Source: Pyrinomonadaceae bacterium (GTDB lineage Bacteria; Acidobacteriota; Blastocatellia; Pyrinomonadales; Pyrinomonadaceae). Taken from it: a stretch of DNA of 64,000 nt. The DNA is taken from positions 68,547-132,546 of the forward strand of contig CAVWZW010000003.1 in assembly GCA_963759585.1 (NCBI GenBank). Reading direction: 5' to 3'. Positions within the stretch are counted from its first letter, which is position 1, and the number at the start of each line of letters is the position of its first letter. The position numbers and the translations under genes were made by a program. This document shows, in pieces, positions 46,122 to 56,062 of this stretch. The notes below the pieces were generated by a model. The model worked only from the letters and a program-made list of their open reading frames with translations, ran no database searches and was not told the origin of the DNA.

Positions 46122-46616
46122 TCAGTCTTCGGCACCTTCAATCGTCACACTATCGATCTTGACTTCGGAAGCTGGACGGTCATCGCGATCAGTTTGCGTA
46201 GTGGCAATTGTATCGACCACATCCAACCCGTCCGTTACCCGGCCAAAGATCGAATAACTCGGAGGCAGCGGATAGTCCGCGTGCATAATAAAAAACTGAG
46301 AGCCGTTAGTGTTTGGACCTGCATTGGCCATCGCCACGGTGCCTTTTTTGTAGCCGCGTTGGTAGATTGCTGAAGAGGCGTCGATCTCGTCATCAAAGCG
46401 TCCACCCCATGCCGACTCGCCGCCCCGGCCGGTACCCGTTGGATCACCACCCTGGATCATGAAGCCTTTAATCACCCGATGGAAGATAACGCCATCGTAG
46501 TAGCCTCGCTCAGCTAGCTTTATAAAATTCTCGGTGGTTTTCGGCGCATCTGATTCCAAAAGCTCAATTCGAATGGTGCCATGGTTGGTTTGAACTGCGG
46601 CGGTGCGATTTGGCAT
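46122..46616 (-). CDS. ppiB: Cyclophilin-type peptidyl-prolyl cis-trans isomerase
   Basis: YYDGVIFHRVIKGFMIQGGDPTGTGRGG...GTVAMANAGPNTNGSQFFI. 164 aa with no signal peptide. Confidence 0.85.
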   Translation of the reverse strand: MPNRTAAVQTNHGTIRIELLESDAPKTTENFIKLAERGYYDGVIFHRVIKGFMIQGGDPTGTGRGGESAWGGRFDDEIDASSAIYQRGYKKGTVAMANAGPNTNGSQFFIMHADYPLPPSYSIFGRVTDGLDVVDTIATTQTDRDDRPASEVKIDSVTIEGAED

Positions 46617-46931
46617 GTTGCTCCTTCAGGCTCTGTATTGATAATAAAGGGAGCGCACAAGATACTTGTTTGACTTGGCTTTGTCACTTAGGGTTCGAGA
46701 GTCCTACCTTCTTATCCTGGGGCGCCACTCCGTGGGCGCCACGGATTCGCGTGAATCGACGCACTCTCGACGGAGCCCAGGTTCGAAAGCCGTGGCATCC
46801 CCCAACAAACTATGTCTGCAACACCGACAAACATCTCGGCGAAGGTGCAACAGGATTGCTCCAACTGCCGTAAATCGCATGAATTCAGTTATCCTGCGGC
46901 AACCTAAAACCTCAAAGAAAGGCCCCAATCA

Positions 46932-48095
46932 ATGAATGTTACGCATCTGGAATGTGCCGCCTGCCATCTCCGCCACGAGGCACGGGTGTTGCACAATCTT
47001 TGCCGTGAATGCGGTAAGCCTTTACTGGTTCGATACGACCTGGAGAGCGCGGCGCGTTCGTTAACCAGGGAATCTTTGGCTTCCCGGCGGGCGGATCTCT
47101 GGCGCTATCAGGAGGTTTTGCCGGTTGAAAACCACGAGAACGTTGTTTCACTTGGCGAAGGCTGGACGCCATTGCTCCCCGCGCCGAATTTAGGAAAACG
47201 AGTTGGAATCGACAAACTCTACATCAAGGACGAATCGCAGAATCCGACGCAGAGCTTTAAAGCTCGCGGGATGTCGGCGGCGGTGTCGATGGCAAAGGAG
47301 CTTGGAGCGCAGAAGCTGGCCGTGCCATCCGCCGGAAACGCGGCAGGAGCATTGGCAGCATACGCCGCACGTGCCGGTCTCGAATGTTTCATCTTCATGC
47401 CTCGAGACACGCCACGCGCAAATGTAATCGAGTGTGAACAAACGGGCGCGCGTGTCACGTTAATGGATGGTTTGATCACGGACTGCGGAGCCGAAGTGGC
47501 GCGACGAAAAGAGGCGGAAGGCTGGTTTGACGTTTCAACATTGAAAGAACCATATCGTGTCGAGGGCAAGAAGACACTCGGTTACGAGCTGGCCGAGCAA
47601 CTCGATTGGACGCTGCCTGACGTGATCGTTTATCCGACTGGCGGCGGCACGGGGCTGATTGGAATGTGGAAGGCATTTGATGAGATGGAACAGATGGGTT
47701 GGATTAATTCTAAACGTCCGCGAATGGTGACCGTCCAGGCCAGCGGCTGCGCGCCGATTGTGCGAGCCTTTGAGGAAGGGAAACGCTTTGCTGACGAGTT
47801 CCCCAACGCGAGCACCGTGGCCTCTGGACTCCGTGTCCCACGAGCCATTGGAGACTTTCTGATTCTGGATGCGATACGTGATTCAGGTGGAACTGCGATC
47901 GCAGTTTCGGATGAGGAGTTGATTGAGGCCACACGAGAGATTGGAGCAGCTGAGGGTGTGTTTTGCGCTCCCGAAGGCGCTGCCTGCCTGCCGGCATTAA
48001 GAAGAATGTTGGAGCACGGTGAGGTTGGGTCGAATGAGTCAGTCGTCTTATTCAACACCGGCGCAGGTGTGAAATACCTGGAGGCTTTTAGTTAG
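46932..48095 (+). CDS. thrC: Threonine synthase-like PLP enzyme with N-terminal zinc ribbon
   Basis: CAACHLRH...[11 protein letters not shown]-lysine region [26 protein letters not shown]. Confidence 0.7.
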   Translation: MNVTHLECAACHLRHEARVLHNLCRECGKPLLVRYDLESAARSLTRESLASRRADLWRYQEVLPVENHENVVSLGEGWTPLLPAPNLGKRVGIDKLYIKDESQNPTQSFKARGMSAAVSMAKELGAQKLAVPSAGNAAGALAAYAARAGLECFIFMPRDTPRANVIECEQTGARVTLMDGLITDCGAEVARRKEAEGWFDVSTLKEPYRVEGKKTLGYELAEQLDWTLPDVIVYPTGGGTGLIGMWKAFDEMEQMGWINSKRPRMVTVQASGCAPIVRAFEEGKRFADEFPNASTVASGLRVPRAIGDFLILDAIRDSGGTAIAVSDEELIEATREIGAAEGVFCAPEGAACLPALRRMLEHGEVGSNESVVLFNTGAGVKYLEAFS

Positions 48096-48158
48096 TCATA
48101 CTTTGGAGGCAGTTACTGGTGAAGTACTTTTTTTCTTTATTAACTTTGGTTTTTCTCG

Positions 48159-49403
48159 TTGCATTCCCGGTCGTTTGCTCAGACGAGGCAGCCGGTCGCC
48201 ATGTCCGAAAGCGAACGCGCCCAGTTTGACGCTTTGCGCAGTAGTGGAAATGCAGCGCTGTACGATTTCGACTACGACAAGGCGCTCAAAGACTTTAAGG
48301 AGATGGACCGCTTGTTTCCGGCGCATCCCGCCGGCCCACAAATGCTGGCGGCCCGCGTTTGGGTCAAGACTCTTTTTGAATCCCGACGCTTACAGTCGTC
48401 TCTCTACAGCTCCGAAAGCTTCTATTCCAGCGGTGAAGATAAAGCGGATCCGAAGGTTGTGAATGAGTTTCGCAGCCTGACGCGCGAGGCCAGGAGACGC
48501 GCTGACGTGCGTCTTAAGCAGAATCCCAAAGACGTTGAAATGCTCTATTGGGTTGGTGCTATCGAAGGTCTCAAAGCTTCATTTGAAGAGGCAGTTGAAC
48601 GGCGCCACTTCGCCGCACTTAGAAATGGAAATGATGCTGTGGACCACCATCGCGAGGTCCTCAAGCTTGATCCAAATTATATCGATGCAGGCGTTACGAT
48701 CGGACTGTACGAATACGTTGTGGGTTCCTTGCCGCTGCCGATCAAGCTCGTTGCCGGGATAACTGGTTTTCGGGGTTCAAAGAAGCGCGGGCTGGAGATG
48801 CTTGAGCGAGTTGCTGCTGAAGGCAAATGGGCGAGTGGCGACGCCCGCTCACTGCTGATGGTCCTTTACAATCGTGAGAAGCGATACGCCGATGTTTTGA
48901 GACACGCCCAGGCACAACGCGCAAACTATCCGCGCAACTACATTTTCAAACTCGAAGCTGCAAGCGCCCTGGTGGCTCAGGCGGCAGTAGAACGCAAAGC
49001 CAAAAATACTGAAGCAGCCAACAAGGCGGAACGCGATGCTTTTGGCATCTTCGATGAACTGCTGCGCGATCGTTCAAGTCACGTTTCCCGCGTTCTGGAT
49101 TTGATTCACTTCAAGTACGGCGAAGTGTTGATGACGGCCGGCGAAGGCGAGCGAGCCGCGAAGGAGTTTATCGCGGCAACGAAAGCTGAACGGGCCGATC
49201 CCGCCCTCGTCACAATGGCCCACCTTAATGCGGCGCGCGCTCTCGATTTGGCGGGAAAACGGAACGACGCCTTGTCACAGTACAAGCAGGTCTTGTCGCG
49301 GCCCAATGTCTATGACGCTCACGAGGAAGCTAAAAAAGGTCTCCGTGGGCCATTCACCATGGAGAGCGCGAGAAACGACGGCGACAAGCAAACTGCTCAA
49401 TAG
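48159..49403 (+). CDS. Hypothetical all-helical TPR-like protein (N-terminus uncertain; see findings)
   Basis: Long ORF with helical repeats. The only in-frame start candidates are TTG 48159 and ATG 48201. A signal or lipoprotein-like peptide is encoded upstream in another frame. Confidence 0.6.
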   Translation: MHSRSFAQTRQPVAMSESERAQFDALRSSGNAALYDFDYDKALKDFKEMDRLFPAHPAGPQMLAARVWVKTLFESRRLQSSLYSSESFYSSGEDKADPKVVNEFRSLTREARRRADVRLKQNPKDVEMLYWVGAIEGLKASFEEAVERRHFAALRNGNDAVDHHREVLKLDPNYIDAGVTIGLYEYVVGSLPLPIKLVAGITGFRGSKKRGLEMLERVAAEGKWASGDARSLLMVLYNREKRYADVLRHAQAQRANYPRNYIFKLEAASALVAQAAVERKAKNTEAANKAERDAFGIFDELLRDRSSHVSRVLDLIHFKYGEVLMTAGEGERAAKEFIAATKAERADPALVTMAHLNAARALDLAGKRNDALSQYKQVLSRPNVYDAHEEAKKGLRGPFTMESARNDGDKQTAQ

Positions 49404-49513
49404 TCGGTCGCGCTGCTAAACCAGTCCGTTTAGAAAGGAGCACTTGTGCTCCCAGGAACTCGAGGTAGGTCGCTAAAAACAGAAACGAAGACAGCGGGAA
49501 GTGGTGATAGCCC

Positions 49514-50788
49514 ATGTTAAGTAATGGTCAGGAAACTTCAGGTACGAGCCGGCCGCGGCGACTTCTACTTTGTCTTGATGGCGTGCCTCACGCCGTAATT
49601 CAAAGCGCGAAGGAGAGAGGCTTGTTCGACGGGTTCGGCGCTCCCTCCCGCCTGCTCTCGCCCTTTCCGACGATGACTAATATCGCGCTCGCGGCTATGT
49701 TGGGCGCCACCCCGCCGGCGGGTTACGAGAGTCTCTATTTCGATACTACGGCGAAAGAGTTGCGAGGCGGCGTGAGGAAGTACATCGGCAGCCGCACACC
49801 TGACAAGGTGCCTTCGTCATATATGGACGAGCTGGACTATCAGGAGCCCCTGGCCTTCGAGTTTCTTATTTACGTTGCGCCGGAAAAGATCTGGCGCGCA
49901 GACATGCGGCGATTTCGAGATTGCTTCCGGAAAGCTCCGCAGAACCGCGATTTCTTTGCCTTTCTCAAAGGCACCGATGGGCTACTTCACATTCGCGGTC
50001 CGGAGAGCCTGGCCGTTGCGCTAGAGTCACTCGACAAAATCCTGCGAGAGATTCAGACATTCTGCGGGAAAGAAACCGAGATAGTGCTCTTCTCCGATCA
50101 CGGGATGAACCTGCGCGAAAATCATCGCGCTCCGTTAAAGGCCCACCTCCAACGTCATGGGTTTACCTTTCACAGTCGTTTGGCAAACGCGACTCACAAG
50201 AGCGTGGCGATTCCCGCGTTTGGCCTCTGCGGTTATGCGGCGCTTTATTGCGGTAAAGACGAGGCTGCCCCGGATGTCGCTGAGGCATTGATTGAGCTTG
50301 AGGGGCTGGACTTCTCGCTCTATCGCGACGGCGAAAGCGCTATTGTTGTAAGTGGACCAGGTGGCCGCGCGCGGGTGGAGAAAAAGGTAAATGGCGGCGT
50401 GAAGTATCGATACGTCGCAACGGACAGCGATCCATTGCAGCTTCTTCCTTCCGTGGCTGCGCTGCATGTTAAGGCTGAGCTGGATAAAGACGGCTTTGCT
50501 TCCGACAGCGCCTGGCTTTCTCAAACAGCGGAGCATCATTATCCGGACGCGCCGGCTAATCTCTTCAAGTCGCTCCACTCTCAACGTGTTAAAAATACAG
50601 CCGATGTGCTGGTTAGCTTTAGGGACGGCTATTACTACGGCTGGTCACCCTTTGCCCGGTTCGTTCGTCTGGCCGCCACTCATGGCAACGCTCTTCTGCC
50701 CAGCTCAAACGCCTTTCTCATGAGCACGCATCGGACGCTTCCTGAATATGTCCGCGCTGACGACGCTGAGTCGCTACTGAGAGCCTAA
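49514..50788 (+). CDS. Alkaline-phosphatase-superfamily (nucleotide pyrophosphatase/phosphodiesterase-like) protein
   Basis: LLLCLDGVPH, FPTMTNIALAAML and LFSDHGMN are metal-ligand motifs typical of the AlkP/NPP superfamily. Confidence 0.6.
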   Translation: MLSNGQETSGTSRPRRLLLCLDGVPHAVIQSAKERGLFDGFGAPSRLLSPFPTMTNIALAAMLGATPPAGYESLYFDTTAKELRGGVRKYIGSRTPDKVPSSYMDELDYQEPLAFEFLIYVAPEKIWRADMRRFRDCFRKAPQNRDFFAFLKGTDGLLHIRGPESLAVALESLDKILREIQTFCGKETEIVLFSDHGMNLRENHRAPLKAHLQRHGFTFHSRLANATHKSVAIPAFGLCGYAALYCGKDEAAPDVAEALIELEGLDFSLYRDGESAIVVSGPGGRARVEKKVNGGVKYRYVATDSDPLQLLPSVAALHVKAELDKDGFASDSAWLSQTAEHHYPDAPANLFKSLHSQRVKNTADVLVSFRDGYYYGWSPFARFVRLAATHGNALLPSSNAFLMSTHRTLPEYVRADDAESLLRA

Positions 50789-50805
50789 CTGTCTTTGGAC
50801 GAAAT

Positions 50806-50880
50806 TGTAGGGGCGTCCCTCCGTGGGCGCCCCGCTTCTCGTTACGGGCTTGGGGCGCCCACGGAGGGGCGCCCCCACAG
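50806..50880. repeat. Inverted pair of the ggggcgcccacggagg motif (family F hairpin)
   Basis: ttgtaggggcgtccctccgtgggcgcccc pairs with ggggcgcccacggaggggcgcccccacag. A related single unit, ggggcgccactccgtgggcgcc, lies at 46719-46740. Confidence 0.8.
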
Positions 50881-50943
50881 AATTAGCACTTTCAGCACGA
50901 TCCCTCCTTGACGCTCTTCTGACTCACGCGTACAAACCTATTC

Positions 50944-51765
50944 ATGCTTGAGGCAAATCCGGAGGTTGGAAACACCCTCGCTGTCGAAACTTTCGATTTA
51001 GTACGTCGCTTTGGCGACTTCACGGCGGTTGATAACCTCGACTTGCGCGTGCGGCGCGGAAGCTTTTTCGGCTTCCTTGGACCAAACGGCGCGGGGAAAT
51101 CCACGACCATCAAGATGCTCACTGGCTTGCTGGCCCCGACTAGCGGCCGGATTCGAGTCCTTGATCGCGATCTCCTGTCAGAGCCCCTTGAGGTAAAGCG
51201 ACGCATCGGTGTGGTTCCAGAAGATCTCAACCTCTTCGAACGGTTAACCGGAGCCGAAATGCTGTCCTTCACGGGACGAATGTATGGCCTACACCAGAAG
51301 GAAATTGGGGAACGAGCCGTCGAGCTACTTGCCTTGATGGAGCTTCAGGGCGAACCAAAAAAACTGATCGTTGAATACTCCCATGGGATGAAAAAGAAGC
51401 TTTCTCTCGCCTGCGCACTAATTCACCGGCCTGAGATTCTCTTCCTTGACGAACCCTTCGAAGGCGTTGATGCAATCGCCTCACGAACCCTCAAGGATTT
51501 GCTGTCCAGACTTACGCGGCGCGGACTCACCGTATTCTTAACTTCACACGTGCTGGAAATCGTTGAACGACTTTGCAGTGACATTGCAATTATCTCGAAG
51601 GGCAAACTCCTCGCAGCCGGTTCACTCGATGAACTCAAGAAGGGAATTCACGTCGACGACGATGGGCAACACAGGGGATCCGTTTCGCTCGAAGAGTATT
51701 TCATTCACATAGTCGGTGGCGCACCCAGCCCCGATGATGAGGAAGTACTGCAGTGGCTGGGGTAA
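50944..51765 (+). CDS. ABC transporter ATP-binding protein (ABC-2/DrrA-like), no adjacent permease gene
   Basis: Walker A GPNGAGKST, signature YSHGMKKKLSLA, Walker B ILFLDEPFEGVD. Confidence 0.85.
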   Translation: MLEANPEVGNTLAVETFDLVRRFGDFTAVDNLDLRVRRGSFFGFLGPNGAGKSTTIKMLTGLLAPTSGRIRVLDRDLLSEPLEVKRRIGVVPEDLNLFERLTGAEMLSFTGRMYGLHQKEIGERAVELLALMELQGEPKKLIVEYSHGMKKKLSLACALIHRPEILFLDEPFEGVDAIASRTLKDLLSRLTRRGLTVFLTSHVLEIVERLCSDIAIISKGKLLAAGSLDELKKGIHVDDDGQHRGSVSLEEYFIHIVGGAPSPDDEEVLQWLG

Positions 51766-51814
51766 ATTACCCGAATATAAAACTAGGGTTGCTCAGACAC
51801 GTTTCCCTCGCACA

Positions 51815-52474
51815 ATGACTGAGATCGCTGCAAAGGTTGATTACTGGGATCGGGTTGCAAATGAGAAGCGCTTCTCGCACCCGCTACGTATCGATTGGCT
51901 CAGACCCCATCTAAATCTCTACGCCAAAATTCTCGATTGCGGTTGTGGATACGGACGAACGTTGGCCGACCTCTCACATTCCGGGTATTCCAACTTCATC
52001 GGTCTGGATTTTTCCCCTGCGATGCTCACACGGTGCCGATCTCAAATACCTGATGCAGCGGTCGTGCGCAATGACGGGCAGGCGCTACCCTTCAAGACCA
52101 ACTCAATAGATGCTGTCATCCTCTTTGCCGTGCTGACCTGTATCCCCGACGATGACGGGCAGCGTGCCCTGGCATCTGAAGTCGATCGCGTCTTGCGTCC
52201 AAACGGGTTGCTTTACATTAGTGACCTCCTGTTGAACGACGACCAGCGTAATCGTGAGCGCTATGAGAAACATGCGAGTTCGGGAACCTATGGCGTCTTC
52301 GAGTTGCCTGAGGGAGTGGTTGTGAGACATCATACCTTCGAGTGGATCCGAGAGATCACAGGCGGGTTTGAACAACTCGAGTATGAGCCGTTTACCGTGA
52401 GGACGATGAACGGCAATGCATCCGCTGCATTTCAGTACCTCGGCCGCAAGCCAATACAGAACCGAGCGCGGTAG
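51815..52474 (+). CDS. Class I SAM-dependent methyltransferase
   Basis: ILDCGCGYGR (motif I), IDAVILFAVLTCI, LRPNGLLYISD. ATG at 51815. The stop lies inside a REP unit. Confidence 0.8.
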   Translation: MTEIAAKVDYWDRVANEKRFSHPLRIDWLRPHLNLYAKILDCGCGYGRTLADLSHSGYSNFIGLDFSPAMLTRCRSQIPDAAVVRNDGQALPFKTNSIDAVILFAVLTCIPDDDGQRALASEVDRVLRPNGLLYISDLLLNDDQRNRERYEKHASSGTYGVFELPEGVVVRHHTFEWIREITGGFEQLEYEPFTVRTMNGNASAAFQYLGRKPIQNRAR

Positions 52475-52538
52475 CGCCGGATCCTACAAGCTAGTCGAAT
52501 AGCCTCTGGCATCCGGCGCTACCGCGCTCGGTTCTGTA
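52455..52538. repeat. Inverted pair of 28-bp REP-like units (family E)
   Basis: tacagaaccgagcgcggtagcgccggat (52455-52482) and its exact reverse complement atccggcgctaccgcgctcggttctgta (52511-52538), with a 28-nt spacer. Confidence 0.9.
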
Positions 52539-52589
52539 AAAAGGTGTTTTTCGGTCGCGCAAAGAAGCGATTCGACAGGAATTAGGAAG

Positions 52590-53648
52590 TTACGGCACTT
52601 CCACGATCAGCTCTCGCCCAAACGTAAAGTTTGGACGCTTGCGGCCCTTTAGGTATTTGGCTGCCGTCTGCGAGAGCGCTGTTATGAGGATGGGTAGTGC
52701 AATCGTAGCATCGCAGTTTACGTAAGCACTGTGCGCGCCGCGTGCGAGTTTGCCGTAAACCAGGCCCTCGTCAAACCCAACCGCGTTAGAGCGGCCGCCC
52801 GGATGCGGCGCATCGGTGGTGATCTGAATCGCGTATTTGTGACCCTGATGGTGGTTCTTGAGAATAAATGAAGAGATCTCGGTCTGCTGAACAAAGCTCT
52901 TGGGTGTGCCTCCGCCCAGATTGATTACACCTGTCAGGCGGGCGCGGGCGGTGACGTTAGCCATGTCGAGCACGTCCTGGACCAGGTCGAAAACAAAGTT
53001 GTTCTTCTTTTCAAAACGCGCAGAGGCAATACCTACTGCGATGCCGCTATCGGCAATTGCAGGACAGAAGATTGGCACGCGCGCTTTGTACGCAGACGTG
53101 AGCACGCCGTCTTCAGTTGCAATTTCAGCAAGTTCACGCCCGAGCAAATGCAGATATTCACGTGTCGAGTAGGGACGCGACTGGTCCAGTTGATTTGTGA
53201 AACCTCCCACCCATTCATTCGCTTCACGGTATTCTTCGTCGCTCGCGAGCAAGTCCCACATACGGCTTATCTGGGCCGAATCCAATTCGGCGTCAGTCAT
53301 ATTTGGGTGGGCCTGGAAGTGGTAACGACCAAGCGTCTCATGTAGATCGTGAAACAGAAGTGAGCCTGACAATACCAGCACATCGACGAAACGGTTCTTG
53401 ATCACGTAAGCCAGTAGGCGACGCATGCCCGCGGGAATGAGGGCCCCGGAACCCGCTACGATGATTGTCGTGTTATCGCCGAGCATGTCCAGCCAGATGC
53501 GGTGGGCCTCGGCCATTTGGCGCCCGCCAAACCCGGCGCCTTCCATCTTTTCGAGCAGGCCGGCGACCGAACGATCACGGTCCACCTGGACGGGCCGGGT
53601 TGGGGTCGTAAGATACTTCGATGCTTTGGGTTTTCGCTGCGTAACCAT
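52590..53648 (-). CDS. Deoxyhypusine synthase-like protein (homospermidine-synthase-type candidate)
   Basis: Length and motifs (IIVAGSGALIPAGMR, VINLGGGTPKSF, DAPHPGGRSNAVGFDEG) fit the DHS family. I prefer the ATG at 53648; TTG at 53660 is an alternative. Confidence 0.7.
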   Translation of the reverse strand: MVTQRKPKASKYLTTPTRPVQVDRDRSVAGLLEKMEGAGFGGRQMAEAHRIWLDMLGDNTTIIVAGSGALIPAGMRRLLAYVIKNRFVDVLVLSGSLLFHDLHETLGRYHFQAHPNMTDAELDSAQISRMWDLLASDEEYREANEWVGGFTNQLDQSRPYSTREYLHLLGRELAEIATEDGVLTSAYKARVPIFCPAIADSGIAVGIASARFEKKNNFVFDLVQDVLDMANVTARARLTGVINLGGGTPKSFVQQTEISSFILKNHHQGHKYAIQITTDAPHPGGRSNAVGFDEGLVYGKLARGAHSAYVNCDATIALPILITALSQTAAKYLKGRKRPNFTFGRELIVEVP

Positions 53649-53704
53649 AAAGGTTGACAACCTTTCAGATAGTGGGACGTCCCGTGATCACTGGAATCGA
53701 TTTT

Positions 53705-55642
53705 TCAATAGTCGGTACGGCGACGCGAACGTGTCTTCGCGCCGTTAACTGAAAGATACGTGTATGCGTCGTAACGCGATTCATAAAACTGGGCCAGCTC
53801 GGCGCCTTCGGCCTCAGACAATTCGTTGTCCTTAACACGTTGACTTATCAAGCGACGGAAACCGTCGTGCAACAGGCTTTTCTCGTAACGCGCACGTTCC
53901 GTAGCCTCTCCGACCGTTGTTCCTTTGATTACTTTCTTGATCAGATAGCCTTCGTCATCAATGTGGACATGCGCCTCATGGGGCGTGCCAAACAGGTTGT
54001 GGTTATTTCCCATTACCTCCTGGTACGCGCCCACCAGCATGAAGGCGAGGTAATAGGTCTCGCCCGGAGTGAGCGAGTGAAGCTCAAGCACCTGTTTCAC
54101 ATCGTGTAAGTCGACAAACTTGTCGACGACTCCATCTGAGTCACAGGTGATGTCGCAAAGAGTTGCGTATTCAGTCGGAGGTTTATTGAGCAAATGGATC
54201 GGCACGATGGGAAAAAGTTGTTCCAGGGCCCAATGGTCTGGCACGGAGCGAAATACTGAAAAGTTTGTCAGATACTTTGCACATAAAAGCCGTCGAAGTT
54301 CTCCAAACTCTTCCGAAATGTATTTTGCCTGTTGGGCGTACTTGTCGGCCCGTTCGCAGACGTCCCAGAAAAGCACTTCGCCCTTCGCTCGATCCTCGAG
54401 TGAAACCAAACCCAGGTTGAAAAGCGTAAACAGTTCTTCGCGATGCTCCAGCGCATCGTGGTAATACTCGCGATAGTTCTTGACCGAGATTGACTCCCTC
54501 AATTCGCCAAGCTCGGTAACGACTTGGGGATCGTCGTTGTCAATCTCGATCGGAGTGATGTCCTCGACCACGGTTTCGATTTCATCCTGGACGTTTGTAA
54601 CCAGGATGGCATGGTAAGCAGCGAGAAAGCGTCCCGACTCCTGGATGATGGTCGGGTGCGGAACGTTTTCATCGTCGCAGACCTGCTTGATTGTGTAGAT
54701 GACGTCGTTGGCAAATTCCTGGGCCGTGTAGTTTGCTGAGGAATCAAACGCCGTTTTCGACCCGTCGTAATCGACTGCCATGCCGCCGCCTACGTCGAGA
54801 AGATCGACCGGGACCTTCATCTGATAGACCTTCGCATAAACACGGGCCGCTTCCTTCATTGCGTTTTTGATTCGCTTGATATCGGTGAGCTGCGAACCGA
54901 TGTGGAAGTGAAGCAGCTTGAGCATGTCCATGCGGCCGGCTTCTTCGACTCGCCGAATCACTTCAAGCATTTCCGTGGTAGTTAAGCCAAACTTGGCCGC
55001 TTCGCCACCCGACTTTTCCCAACGTCCCGAGCCCTTTGAATAGAGCTTCACACGCATTCCCAGAATGGGAAGGTTACCTTCGTAACGACTTACAAGATTG
55101 AGTACGTGGTCTAATTCGTTAAGCTTCTCAATAACGATTACGATCTTTTTCCCTACTTGTGCGCCGGCAAAAGCGAGTTCGATAAACTCCTCATCTTTGA
55201 AACCGTTCAAAACCAGGAGACTGTCCGGGGTTTGTTCCAGAGCCAGGGCAGCATAGAGTTCAGCCTTTGAACCCGCTTCGAGGCCAAAGTCGTAACGCGA
55301 GCCCTCCCGCAAGTATTCCTCAACCACGGCCCTTTGCTGGTTTACCTTCATCGGGTAAACACACATGTGCGTACCCTGGTACTCAAACTCTCTGATTGAT
55401 CGGCTGAAGGCCCGCTGGAGTTTGCGAACCTGAGCGGCGACCAGTTGAGGGAACCGCAAGAGGACCGGAGCGCCTATGCCACGCCGCGCCAGGTCATCAA
55501 TTATCTCTTTAAGATCCGCCGAGCGTGAATCGCCCTCCGCTGGGCGGACCACCAGGTTTCCCTTGCGATTGACGTCAAAGTACCCTGCGCCCCAATTCTC
55601 GATGCCATAGGTTTCGAGCGTCTGCTCAATTGCCGTCGTCAA
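53705..55642 (-). CDS. speA: Biosynthetic arginine decarboxylase
   Basis: 645 aa. YGIENWGAGYFDVN, VYPMKVNQQ (PLP-lysine region), HFHIGSQ, DVGGGMAVDYDG. TTG start with AGGAG 8 nt upstream. Confidence 0.85.
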   Translation of the reverse strand: MTTAIEQTLETYGIENWGAGYFDVNRKGNLVVRPAEGDSRSADLKEIIDDLARRGIGAPVLLRFPQLVAAQVRKLQRAFSRSIREFEYQGTHMCVYPMKVNQQRAVVEEYLREGSRYDFGLEAGSKAELYAALALEQTPDSLLVLNGFKDEEFIELAFAGAQVGKKIVIVIEKLNELDHVLNLVSRYEGNLPILGMRVKLYSKGSGRWEKSGGEAAKFGLTTTEMLEVIRRVEEAGRMDMLKLLHFHIGSQLTDIKRIKNAMKEAARVYAKVYQMKVPVDLLDVGGGMAVDYDGSKTAFDSSANYTAQEFANDVIYTIKQVCDDENVPHPTIIQESGRFLAAYHAILVTNVQDEIETVVEDITPIEIDNDDPQVVTELGELRESISVKNYREYYHDALEHREELFTLFNLGLVSLEDRAKGEVLFWDVCERADKYAQQAKYISEEFGELRRLLCAKYLTNFSVFRSVPDHWALEQLFPIVPIHLLNKPPTEYATLCDITCDSDGVVDKFVDLHDVKQVLELHSLTPGETYYLAFMLVGAYQEVMGNNHNLFGTPHEAHVHIDDEGYLIKKVIKGTTVGEATERARYEKSLLHDGFRRLISQRVKDNELSEAEGAELAQFYESRYDAYTYLSVNGAKTRSRRRTDY

Positions 55643-55896
55643 TTAGCGGTCTCCTGACTTGCGCGAAAAGCTGTAAGTTGTTGTTTCAGAAGCCAAAGCG
55701 TAGTTATACACATCCCTAGCTCGTGTAGCGGAGAATATCTTGGATGGGACGCTTAGTGGCGCAATGTAACAGAAAACGCGAGGTCGGTCTATAACTTTTT
55801 TGTTTGTCGAAGCTTTTTCCAGGCTCTTAAATGATGACGGATAAAGAGGTTATTGGCTGAATGTGGTTTCTTGCTATAACACTTGCGGCAAAAACC

Positions 55897-55924
55897 TTGA
55901 CATACTTCGCGGCGAAACTATAAT
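55897..55924 (+). promoter_or_regulatory. Sigma-70-type promoter candidate for glnA
   Basis: TTGACA (55897-55902), 16-nt spacer, TATAAT (55919-55924). This lies about 140 nt upstream of the glnA ATG. Confidence 0.55.
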
Positions 55925-56062
55925 GCACAGTTTTTTAGCGCCGACGCGCGATGTTGTTCGCCTCTATCGTTTACAAGCCTGGGCTTCCAACACACTTCGC
56001 ACCAACAACCACTCCGGGGCGAAGAGCACCCCTAACACTCCCATTAACAATCAGGAGAACTC

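Noticed and set aside
46770-46800. A GGTTCGAA T-loop-like motif, suggesting a tRNA in the ppiB-thrC intergenic region.
   Set aside because: The flanking bases do not form a T-stem (ccagg is not followed by cctgg). No acceptor or anticodon arms could be drawn.
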